In this document: in pieces, positions 1-12,557 of the stretch
Layout: each line of letters starts with the position of its first letter
Position numbering within the stretch: the stretch's first letter is position 1
Origin: an uncultured Coriobacteriaceae bacterium
Lineage (GTDB): Bacteria; Actinomycetota; Coriobacteriia; Coriobacteriales; Coriobacteriaceae
Direction: 5' to 3'
NCBI GenBank assembly: GCA_964558955.1
Contig: CAZLGF010000001.1
Location: 10,372 to 52,964, forward strand
Length of the DNA: 42,593 nucleotides
Position numbers and translations under genes: made by a program
Notes under the pieces: model-generated
What the model was told of the DNA's origin: nothing
The model's database searches: none
What the model saw: only the letters and a program-made list of their open reading frames with translations

Positions 1-27
1 CGCGGCGTCGATCACCTGAGAGAGGTG

Positions 28-55
28 TTCAAAACGTGGAGACAAGGGCTAAAAT
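28..55 (+). promoter_or_regulatory. Putative sigma70-type promoter of the rnf operon
   Basis: TTCAAA (28-33), 16-nt spacer, TAAAAT (50-55) in an AT-rich patch about 80 nt upstream of rnfC. Confidence 0.5.
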
Positions 56-133
56 ACATTCCTAATGGACACCTATGGTGATCCTGCGAGGTTCGCCTGA
101 CCTCGCGAGCGACAAGAGGGGAAAGGGGAGTTG

Positions 134-1471
134 ATGTTCTCTCTGCACAAGACGCTGGGCGGTGTGCATCCGCCCCAGTGCAAGGACACGCGTGACTGCG
201 CGGTCACGACCCTCGCTCCGCCCGATCGCGTGCGCATTCCGCTCAACATGCACATCGGCGCCCCCGACACGCCCTGCGTGTCCGTGGGCGATCACGTGTA
301 TATCGGCACGCTCATCGGTGACGGGGAAGGGCTGTGCGCGCCCATTCACGCGAGCATCTCGGGAACGGTGACCTCGGTCGCCACCGAGACGCTGCCCACC
401 GGCCAGACCGCTCCCGTGGTGGAGATCACCTCGGACGGCGCGATGGAGGTCGATCCGTCGCTCACGGTTCCCACGTATGAGACGCGCGACGAGTTCATCG
501 CGTGCGTGCGCGCGTCGGGCGTGGTGGGCTTGGGCGGCGCCTCGTTCCCGTCATGGTTCAAGATGAAGGCTCCCGCGGGCAAGAGCTTCGAGTTCGTCGT
601 CGTCAACGGCATGGAGTGCGAGCCCTTCATCACCAGCGACTTCCGTCAGATGATCGAGCACGCCGAGCGCGTGATCGACGGCGTGGTGCGCATCGCGCGG
701 GCGCTCGAGATCCCCGCGGCCGTGATCGGCGTGGAGGACAACAAGCCCGAGGCCATCGAGATCCTGCAGCAGACCATCACCGAGAAGGGCGTGGGCGACC
801 TCGTCGAGGTCATGGGCGTTCCCACCAAGTACCCGGCCGGCGGCGAGAAGGTTCTCATCGAGGCGACCACGGGCCGGGCGGTCCCGGCGGGCGGGCTGCC
901 CGTCGACGCGGGCTGCCTCGTGCTCAACGTGACCACGGTCTCCAAGATCGAGGAGTACTTCCGCTACGGCGTGCCGCTCGCCCGCAAGACCGTCACCATC
1001 GCCGGTGACTGCGTGAAGAATCCCGGCAACTACCGCGTGCCGGTGGGCATGAGCGTGCACGACGTCATCGAGGCCACCGGCGGGCTCATCAAGGAGCCGC
1101 GCAAGATCATCATGGGCGGCCCCATGATGGGTCGGACCATCACCGACATCGACTGCCCCATCCTGAAGGCCAACAACGCCATCCTCTGCCTTGATGACGC
1201 GGCGGTTCTTCCCGATGAGACGCCGTGCATCCGCTGCGGCCGCTGCGTGCGCGCGTGCCCGCTCGGGCTCATGCCGTTCGCGCTCGACGCCGCCTCGCGC
1301 AGCCACGACGTGGTCAAGCTTGACGAGTACGCGGTCATGAACTGCATGGAGTGCGGATCCTGCGCCTTCACGTGCCCGGCGCACCGTCGTATCACCGCCT
1401 CGATCCGCGAGGGCAAGGGCGTCTATCGCTCCGAGGTCGCGCGGCTCACCCAGCCTGCGAAGGAGGCGTAA
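134..1471 (+). CDS. rnfC: Rnf/Rsx electron transport complex subunit C (NAD(H)/FMN-binding, 2x[4Fe-4S])
   Basis: Motifs GGVHP, HIGAP, PIHASISG, GLGGASFP, NGMECEP, KYPAGGEK, MGGPMMG and two ferredoxin motifs CIRCGRCVRACP / CMECGSCAFTCP. SD AAGGGGAG upstream; TTG at 131 is an alternative start. Confidence 0.95.
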   Translation: MFSLHKTLGGVHPPQCKDTRDCAVTTLAPPDRVRIPLNMHIGAPDTPCVSVGDHVYIGTLIGDGEGLCAPIHASISGTVTSVATETLPTGQTAPVVEITSDGAMEVDPSLTVPTYETRDEFIACVRASGVVGLGGASFPSWFKMKAPAGKSFEFVVVNGMECEPFITSDFRQMIEHAERVIDGVVRIARALEIPAAVIGVEDNKPEAIEILQQTITEKGVGDLVEVMGVPTKYPAGGEKVLIEATTGRAVPAGGLPVDAGCLVLNVTTVSKIEEYFRYGVPLARKTVTIAGDCVKNPGNYRVPVGMSVHDVIEATGGLIKEPRKIIMGGPMMGRTITDIDCPILKANNAILCLDDAAVLPDETPCIRCGRCVRACPLGLMPFALDAASRSHDVVKLDEYAVMNCMECGSCAFTCPAHRRITASIREGKGVYRSEVARLTQPAKEA

Positions 1472-1476
1472 GCGTC

Positions 1477-2409
1477 ATGGATCTGATTAACGAGGCATCG
1501 CCTCACTTCCACGGGACGTCGAGGACGCAGCGGATCATGGGCGCCGTCTGCCTGGCGCTCGCTCCCACGCTCATCGCCTCCCTGTTCCTCTACGGGCTCC
1601 GCGCCCCGCTGCTCGTGCTCGTCTGCGTCGCCACGGCGCTCGTCTGCGAGCACCTGTGCTGCATCATCATGCGGCGCGAGTCGACCGCGGGCGACCTCTC
1701 GTGCGTGGTCACGGGCATGCTTCTGGCCTTCACCCTGCCGTCGACCTGCTCGTTCGCCGTGGCTATCGCGGGCACCGTCTTCGCCGTGGTGATCGCCAAG
1801 ATGCTCTTTGGCGGCATCGGCTGCAACTTCGCCAACCCGGCGGTCGCGGGCCGCATCTTCATCATGGTGGCGTTCCCCTCCGCGCTCTCGTCCTACCCTG
1901 ACGTGGCCGGCAAGGCGCTCGACGCCATCACCGGCGCCACCCCGCTCGCCATGCTGTCATCGGGGGCCGACTCCTACAGCTATCTCGACATGCTGCTCGG
2001 CAACCATGCGGGCGCCCTGGGTGAGACCTGCATCATCACGCTGCTCGTGGGCTACCTCTTCCTGCTCGCCATCAAGGTGGTCGACGGCTGGGCGACGCTT
2101 CCCTTCATCGCGACGGTCGCCGTGATCACCGGCCTCGCCGGTGAGGACGTGGTCTATCAGCTGCTCTCGGGCGGCCTTGCGCTCGGCGCCTTCTTCATGG
2201 CGACGGACTACACCACCACGCCCATGACGCCCAAGGGCAAGATCATCTTCGGCGTGGGCTGCGGCCTCATCACCGCGCTCGTGCGCATCTTCGCCTCGGC
2301 GCCCGAGGGCGTCGCCTACTCCATCCTGTTCATGAACATGCTCGTTCCGCTGATTGATCGCTTCACGCGCTCGCAGCCGGTGGGAGGTGTCAAGCATGCC
2401 ATCGTCTAA
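1477..2409 (+). CDS. rnfD: Rnf/Rsx subunit D (membrane, covalent FMN)
   Basis: SPH start, FGGIGCNFANPA, DAITGATPL flavinylation motif, GALGET, FFMATDY, PEG. SD AAGGAGG at the end of rnfC supports ATG 1477 rather than the ORF-track start at 1351. Confidence 0.95.
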   Translation: MDLINEASPHFHGTSRTQRIMGAVCLALAPTLIASLFLYGLRAPLLVLVCVATALVCEHLCCIIMRRESTAGDLSCVVTGMLLAFTLPSTCSFAVAIAGTVFAVVIAKMLFGGIGCNFANPAVAGRIFIMVAFPSALSSYPDVAGKALDAITGATPLAMLSSGADSYSYLDMLLGNHAGALGETCIITLLVGYLFLLAIKVVDGWATLPFIATVAVITGLAGEDVVYQLLSGGLALGAFFMATDYTTTPMTPKGKIIFGVGCGLITALVRIFASAPEGVAYSILFMNMLVPLIDRFTRSQPVGGVKHAIV

Positions 2410-3055
2410 CGAGTCTTCCCGCGCGCTCACCCCTGAGGTGCCCTCCGCGGCCGAGACCGAGGCCCCGCGCCGCTCCTGGATCGCGCGGCATCGCGACAGC
2501 GCGCCCTACGCCTTCGTGGTCACGCTGCTCGCGGTCGTGATCTGCGGCACCGTCATGTCGACCGCCTACTTCGTGGGCCAGTGGGGCACGAGCGCCTTCG
2601 CCGACGCCGACGCGGTGCTTGATGAGGCGCAGGGCGGCTCCCAGCGCGCGCTGCTCTTCCCCGACGCGTCTTCGTTCGAGCAGGTTTCCGCTCCGTCCAT
2701 CGACGGCCTCAACTCGGTGTACGTGACCGAGAGCGGCGACTACGTCTTCGATGTGACCTCAACCGGCTACGGCGGCGACGTCGAGATGCTCGTGGGCATC
2801 GCGTCGGATGGCACGGTGGCCGGCATTCAGGTCATCGCCGAGAGCGAGACCGACGGCATCGGCTCCAACGCCCTCACCGAGGACTATTTCGACACGTTCA
2901 CCGGCTTGACCGCGACGGGCACCCTGACCGTTGAGGAGGCGACGGGCGACGAGACCGAGGTCGACGGCGTCTCCGGTGCCACCTACACCTCGAAGGCCGT
3001 CGTCGCGAATCTGAACATCGCCTTCGAGGCCTACGCTGAGCTGGGAGGTAACTAG
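2396..3055 (+). CDS. rnfG: Rnf/Rsx subunit G (membrane-anchored extracytosolic FMN-binding protein)
   Basis: One N-terminal TM helix, GYGG..MLVGI..DG, ESETDGIG and VDGVSGATYTSKAV flavinylation motif. SD GGGAGG; overlaps the rnfD stop. Confidence 0.9.
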   Translation: MPSSNESSRALTPEVPSAAETEAPRRSWIARHRDSAPYAFVVTLLAVVICGTVMSTAYFVGQWGTSAFADADAVLDEAQGGSQRALLFPDASSFEQVSAPSIDGLNSVYVTESGDYVFDVTSTGYGGDVEMLVGIASDGTVAGIQVIAESETDGIGSNALTEDYFDTFTGLTATGTLTVEEATGDETEVDGVSGATYTSKAVVANLNIAFEAYAELGGN

Positions 3056-3056
3056 G

Positions 3057-3710
3057 ATGGCCCTGCATGAATCAGTCGTGCGCGCGCAGAACGAGCATGC
3101 CTCCGCGCTCGTGCGCACGCCCGCCTTTCTCCTGGTCGCCGGGTCGCTCACGGGCCTCGCTGCGGCGACCTCGCTTGAGAATGGCGTCGCGATCGGCGCG
3201 GTGAGCGCGATCGCCATCGTGGTGATGGCGCTCGTCGCCCGTCCGCTTCGCGCGCTGACCGGCACGCATGCGCGCGTTCCGGTGCTCTTGCTCGTGAGCG
3301 CGACGGTGGTCGTGCTTCTCTCGTTTGCCGTGCGCGTCATCAACCCCATCGTCTATCAGGATCTCGGGTTCTACCTTCCGCTCGCCGCGGTCAACGGGCT
3401 CGTCGCGTGCTTCATCTACGATGACGGCTTCACGGCGTCGCCTGCGTCCTGCACGCCGCTCACCGCGGTCTTCGGTGGTGCCTGCACCTTCGTCACGCTC
3501 ACGATCATTGGGCTCATCAACGGCATGTTCACGACGGGCGAGATCTTCGGCCTGGTGAACGATGAGCTCGCCTCGTCGCCGATCGCGATCTTCGCCACGC
3601 CGGCGGGATCGCTGCTGCTGCTTGCGCTCGCGGCGGCGTTCGTGAACTCGGTCGTCGCGGCCTCGCTTGCGAGCCGCGCCGCGGACTCCAAGGAGGGTGA
3701 GGACCGATGA
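3057..3710 (+). CDS. rnfE: Divergent Rnf subunit E lacking both canonical Fe-S cysteines
   Basis: Operon position and hydrophobic pattern. Aligns by eye with RnfE (P.F.L..G...LA..TS..NG; R.P; LG.YLPL..VN; G.IFG; P.G..L), but G-x-C-P reads GSLT and VNC reads VNG. Confidence 0.85.
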   Translation: MALHESVVRAQNEHASALVRTPAFLLVAGSLTGLAAATSLENGVAIGAVSAIAIVVMALVARPLRALTGTHARVPVLLLVSATVVVLLSFAVRVINPIVYQDLGFYLPLAAVNGLVACFIYDDGFTASPASCTPLTAVFGGACTFVTLTIIGLINGMFTTGEIFGLVNDELASSPIAIFATPAGSLLLLALAAAFVNSVVAASLASRAADSKEGEDR

Positions 3711-4303
3711 GCGTTCTGAACGCGCTGTTCACGGCTGCCTTCGACAACAACCTCGTGTTCGCCCAGATCGTGGGCATGGTCTCGGTGCTGCTCATCGCTG
3801 AGCGTCCGCAGGACGCCATCCGCTTCGGCGGGGTGCTCGGTGCGGCGTGCTTCATCGCGGGGCTCGTGGGCTGGCCGATCTACACGTACTACCTGTCCTA
3901 CTGGGGCATCACCTACATGGCGCCCGCGGTGCACCTCGTGGTGAGCGCGGCGGTGATCTTCATGGTCGGCGCCATCAAGATCGCGATGAAGCCGGATGTT
4001 GACCGCGCCCGCGTCGTGCGCGCGTGCGTCCTGCTGGCGATCAACGCGGCGGTGCTCGCGGTGCCGCTCTCGCTCGCGGATTCGACCGACGTCACCACGT
4101 TCGGCGAGGCGGGGGCCACGGCCCTCGGGTCCGGCCTCGGGCTCTTCATCGCCGTGGTGCTCTTCGCGTCCATCCGCGATCGCATCGACGAGCGCCTTGT
4201 CCCACCGGTTCTGCGGGGCCTGCCGATCTCGCTGATGACTGCGGCGCTCATGGCGCTCGCTTTCACGGGCGTTTCCGGCATCGCCGGCGGACTGTTCGCG
4301 TAA
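3707..4303 (+). CDS. rnfA: Divergent Rnf subunit A lacking both canonical Fe-S cysteines
   Basis: F.NN.V at the N-terminus and the diagnostic C-terminus VLFASIRDRI....VP..LRGLPISLMTAALMALAFTG. G-x-C-P reads GMVS and TNCAVL reads INAAVL. Confidence 0.88.
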   Translation: MSVLNALFTAAFDNNLVFAQIVGMVSVLLIAERPQDAIRFGGVLGAACFIAGLVGWPIYTYYLSYWGITYMAPAVHLVVSAAVIFMVGAIKIAMKPDVDRARVVRACVLLAINAAVLAVPLSLADSTDVTTFGEAGATALGSGLGLFIAVVLFASIRDRIDERLVPPVLRGLPISLMTAALMALAFTGVSGIAGGLFA

Positions 4304-4314
4304 GGAGGCAGACC

Positions 4315-4485
4315 ATGGGAATGTATGTGGTGGCGCCCCCGGTGATCTTCACGGTGCTCATGTTCGTCCCCACCGTGGTGCTCGCGGTCGCGACGATGCT
4401 CGTGCGCCGGGCGGACCGGCTCGAGGCGCAGGCGGCCGAGCAGGCGGATGACGCCGCCGAGACGGCGGATCCCGACGCTGCGTAG
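4315..4485 (+). CDS. 56-aa single-TM protein in the rnfB position (probable RnfB membrane-anchor remnant)
   Basis: Strong SD AAGGAGG (4302-4308) overlapping the rnfA stop. Sequence MGMYVVAPPVIFTVLMFVPTVVLAVATMLVRRADRLEAQAAEQADDAAETADPDAA: hydrophobic N-half, acidic tail, no Cys. Confidence 0.7.
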   Translation: MGMYVVAPPVIFTVLMFVPTVVLAVATMLVRRADRLEAQAAEQADDAAETADPDAA

Positions 4486-4516
4486 GGCTGGCGAGCGACG
4501 TTCTTCTCCGCGCGGA

Positions 4517-4525
4517 TGGTACTCT
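4517..4525 (+). promoter_or_regulatory. Possible extended -10 promoter for ligA
   Basis: TGGTACTCT (TGn + TACTCT) about 35 nt upstream of ligA. Confidence 0.35.
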
Positions 4526-4535
4526 TATCGAGTGA

Positions 4536-8693
<4,158 letters not shown>

Positions 8694-8694
<1 letters not shown>

Positions 8695-10670
8695 TGGCCT
8701 CGCCGGGAAACAAGCCCAAGAACCTGCTCGCGACCGTTCGCGCGCTGATGGCCTATCTGGGCCGTCATAAGCTGCTCTTCGGGGCGGTCGCCGTGCTCGT
8801 GGCGATCGCGGCCGTCGCGAACCTGCTCGGCACCTACATGATTCGCCCGGTGGTCGACGCGCTCTCAGCCGGCGACGTCGACTCCTTTATCGAGGGCGTC
8901 ATCCTCACGGCGACCATCTACCTCGTTGGCGTCCTCGCGTCGTTGGGCTACACGCAGATCATGGTGCACGCGGCTCAGAAGGTGCTCGTCGACATCAGGC
9001 GCGACCTGTTCGGCCACATCCAGACGCTGCCGCTCAGCTACTTCGACAGCCGCAGCCGCGGCGACATCATGAGCCACTTCACCAACGACGTCGATACCGT
9101 CGCCGAGGCCATGAACAACAGCTTCGCGCTGGTCATCCAGAGCTTCATCCAGATCGTGGGCACGCTCGCGATGATCTTCTACCTCAACTGGCGGCTCTCG
9201 CTCATCGTGGTCGTGGGATACGCGGCGATGTTCGCCTACATCGGCTTCTCCACCGCGCGGAGCCGTCGCTACTACCAGCGCCAGCAGACCGTTCTCGGCG
9301 AGCTCGACGGCTACATCGAGGAGATGGTGACCGGGCAGAAGGTCGTGAAGGTGTTCAACCACGAGGCCGAGAACGTCGCCTCCTTCCTCGATAAGAACGA
9401 GCGGCTGCGCGTGGCGGGCACGGGCGCGCAGTCGTACGCCGCCTCGATGATTCCGGCCGTGGTGTCCATCAGCTACGTCAACTACGCGATCGTGGCCGTC
9501 ATCGGCGGCTGGATGGCCATCACGGGCATGACCGACGTTGGCGCGCTCGCGAGCTACCTCGTCTTCGTTCGTCAGACAGCCATGCCCATCAACCAGTTCA
9601 CCCAGCAGTCGAACTTCCTGCTCTCGGCGCTCGCCGGCGCCGAGCGCGTCTTCGCCGCGATGCGCGAGCCGTCCGAGGTCGACGAGGGGACCGTGCGGCT
9701 TGAGCAGACGGGCAAGGGTTCCTGGGCCTGGCGGATCCCCGAGGGCTTCGGCATCGGGGTCTGGGGCGCGCTCGTGCCGGTGGCGGAGCGTGATGACCGC
9801 GTTGCCCCCGGCGCGTGCGACGCGGCTGCCGAGACGGACGCCGCGAACCAGGCGCCGGCCGTGGACGCCGGCGCCGTCGTCGCCCAGACCGCCCGCGCGG
9901 CGGACGGGACCGTGCTCGCCTGCGGGCTCATCCCGCTCCGAGGCGACGTGCGCTTCCATGACGTGAGCTTCGGCTACACGCCGCGCAACGAGGTGCTCCA
10001 CCAGATCAACCTCTTCGCCAAGCCGGGGCAGAAGATCGCCTTCGTGGGATCGACCGGTGCGGGCAAGACCACGATCACCAATCTGGTGAACCGGTTCTAC
10101 GACGTGCAACAGGGCGAGATCACCTTCGACGGCATCAACGTGAAGCACATTTCCAAGGACGCGCTGCGCCGCTCGCTCGGCATCGTGCTCCAGGACACGC
10201 ATCTGTTCACCGGCACGATCGCCGACAACATTCGCTTCGGCAAGCTCGACGCGACCGACGAGGAGGTGCGCCGCGCCGCTCAGATCGCCAACGCCGACAG
10301 CTTCATCCGGCGCCTGCCGCAGGGGTACGACACGATGGTGACCTCGGACGGCGCGAACCTCAGCCAAGGTCAGCGGCAGCTTCTGGCCATCGCGCGCGCC
10401 GCCGTGGCCGATCCGCCGGTGCTCATTCTCGATGAGGCGACGAGCTCGATCGACACGCGCACCGAGATGCTCATCAGCCGCGGCATGGACCAGCTTATGG
10501 AGGGTCGCACGACGTTCATGATCGCGCATCGCCTCTCAACGGTGCGCGGCGCGGACGCCATCATGGTGCTTGATCATGGCCGCATCATCGAGCGCGGCAC
10601 GCACGAGGAGCTCTACGCGCTCGGCGGGACATACTGGGAGCTCTGTCAGGGGCTTCGCGAGCTCGATTAG
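8694..10670 (+). CDS. Heterodimeric ABC exporter, TMD-NBD subunit with consensus catalytic residues (TM288-like)
   Basis: Walker A GSTGAGKT, signature LSQGQRQ, Walker B LILDEATS, switch IAHR. TGATG coupling with the upstream subunit. Confidence 0.93.
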
Positions 10671-10697
10671 CATCGTCGGAACATCAAGGAGGAAATC

Positions 10698-11270
10698 GTG
10701 GCGAAGCTGTATCTCATGCGACACGGGCAGACGCTCTTCAACGTGCTCAAGCGCAAGCAAGGGTGGTGCGACTCGCCCCTCACTGAGGACGGCATCGCTC
10801 AGGCGCGCCGCGCGGGGGAGTGGATCCGCGAACAGGGGATCACGTTCGATCACTGCTACTCGAGCACGTCGGAGCGGGCGTGCGACACGCTCGAGCTGGT
10901 GGTTCCCGGCATGCCGTATGAGCGTCTCAAGGGACTCAAGGAGTGGAACTTCGGCGTCTTCGAGGGCTTGACCGAGGACATCAACCCGGCGCTGCCGTAC
11001 AACGACTTCTACGTGCAGTTCGGCGGGGAGGGGATGATGGACTTCCGCGAGCGCATCGTGCGGACGATCACCGAGATCATGAACCGTCCGGACCACGAGT
11101 GCGTGCTCGCGGTGAGCCATGGCGCGGCGTGCGCGCAGGCGATGCGCGGCCTCTCGTACGACTACTTCCGCGCGACGGGCAAGCGCGTTGGCAACTGCGG
11201 CATCATCGAGCTTGATTACACGCCGGAGACGGGCTTCTCCGTCTGCGACGTGCACAATCCCAATAGCTAG
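10698..11270 (+). CDS. Histidine phosphatase (phosphoglycerate mutase-like) family protein
   Basis: LYLMRHGQT, QGWCDSPLT, LKEWNFG, LAVSHG. SD AAGGAGG before the GTG start. Confidence 0.9.
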   Translation: MAKLYLMRHGQTLFNVLKRKQGWCDSPLTEDGIAQARRAGEWIREQGITFDHCYSSTSERACDTLELVVPGMPYERLKGLKEWNFGVFEGLTEDINPALPYNDFYVQFGGEGMMDFRERIVRTITEIMNRPDHECVLAVSHGAACAQAMRGLSYDYFRATGKRVGNCGIIELDYTPETGFSVCDVHNPNS

Positions 11271-11358
11271 TTGAGGCATGCCCGGGCGCGGGCTGCCGCG
11301 AGCGCGCGGTGGCCCGCGCCGTCGCCTTGCGGGGCGCGAGCGCACAGGGGAGGATGGC

Positions 11359-12405
11359 ATGGCTGCTCACGAGATGGTCGACGAGTACGGGCGCGGTATC
11401 ACCTATCTGCGCATCGCCGTGACCGATAAGTGCAATTATCGGTGCGTGTACTGCATGCCCGCGGAGGGCGTGCCGCCGCGGGCGCATGATGAGCTGCTGT
11501 CCGCCGAGGAGATCGCGCGCTTCGTGCGCGCGGTGGCGCGCGAGGGCGTGCGCCGCGTGCGCCTGACGGGCGGGGAGCCGCTCGTCTCCCATCGCATCGT
11601 TCCGCTCGTCCGCGCCATCCGGGCGATCCCCGAGATCGAGGACATCGCGCTCACCACGAACGGGGCGCTGCTGCCCGCGCTCGCGCCCGAGCTCAAGGCG
11701 GCGGGGCTCGACCGGGTGAACATCTCGCTCGACACGCTCGACCCCGCGCAGTTCACCCAGATCACGCGCATCGGCCGCCTCGAGCAGACGCTCCAGGGCA
11801 TCGATGCGGCGCTTGCGCACGGATTTGATCCGGTGAAGGTCAACTGCGTGGTGGTGCGCCGGCTGAACCAGGACGTGCTCGGCCTGGCGCGGCTCTCGAT
11901 CGACAGGCCGGTGCACGTGCGGTTCATCGAGTACATGCCCATCGGCGACGAGCGCACGAGCTCGGGATGCGCCGTCGACCCGCATGACGCGCACGTCGAC
12001 GCGGCGGTGTGGGACGCGAGCGACACGGTGCCCTCGTTTGAGCTGGCGGAGCGGATCTCGCGCGCCGGTGAGGCCGCGGGCCTGGGCGCGCTCGAGGAAG
12101 CTGAGGGGCCAAACGGAGCCGGTCCCGCGCGCTACCTGCGCTTTTCGGGGGCGCAGGGAACGGTGGGGTTCATCTCGGCGATGTCGGACCACTTCTGCGC
12201 GACGTGCAACCGGATGCGGCTCACCGCCGACGGCGCCATCCGGCCGTGTTTGTTCTCGGATGATGAGTACGTGGTGCGCGACGCCCTGCGCGCCGGCGAT
12301 GACGAGCGCGTTCGTGCCGTCTGGCGCACGGCGGTCAGCCACAAGCCCGAGGAGCACGAGGTCATCAGCGGCACCGCGCGGTTCATGTCCCAGATCGGCG
12401 GATAG
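11359..12405 (+). CDS. moaA: GTP 3',8-cyclase (Moco biosynthesis, radical SAM)
   Basis: YLRIAVTDKCNYRCVYC, RLTGGEP, NISLDT, C-terminal CATCNRMRLTADG...C cluster and terminal IGG. SD GGGGAGG supports ATG 11359. Confidence 0.96.
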   Translation: MAAHEMVDEYGRGITYLRIAVTDKCNYRCVYCMPAEGVPPRAHDELLSAEEIARFVRAVAREGVRRVRLTGGEPLVSHRIVPLVRAIRAIPEIEDIALTTNGALLPALAPELKAAGLDRVNISLDTLDPAQFTQITRIGRLEQTLQGIDAALAHGFDPVKVNCVVVRRLNQDVLGLARLSIDRPVHVRFIEYMPIGDERTSSGCAVDPHDAHVDAAVWDASDTVPSFELAERISRAGEAAGLGALEEAEGPNGAGPARYLRFSGAQGTVGFISAMSDHFCATCNRMRLTADGAIRPCLFSDDEYVVRDALRAGDDERVRAVWRTAVSHKPEEHEVISGTARFMSQIGG

Positions 12406-12557
12406 GGGCGCCGCGGCCGCCGGGGTCGTGAGGTGGCGGGCGCGCGGCGTGACGGGCGCGCGCGAGATGTGCTAGCGTGAGGTCGATTCGCAGCATCAGG
12501 CGCAGGCGCGGCGCCCGCGGCATCGGCCGGGCGCCGGCATCCCGAACGGAGGCACCC

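Noticed and set aside
62-110. Fluoride or other known riboswitch in the rnf leader
   Set aside because: ATGGTG and GTTCGCC fragments are present but not in the contiguous arrangement I recall, and the downstream conserved elements are missing.
3057-4485. rnfE, rnfA and rnfB as simple pseudogenes
   Set aside because: No frameshifts or internal stops, full-length A and E with preserved TM pattern, host-like codon bias and intact coupling and SD sites. Not formally excluded without dN/dS.
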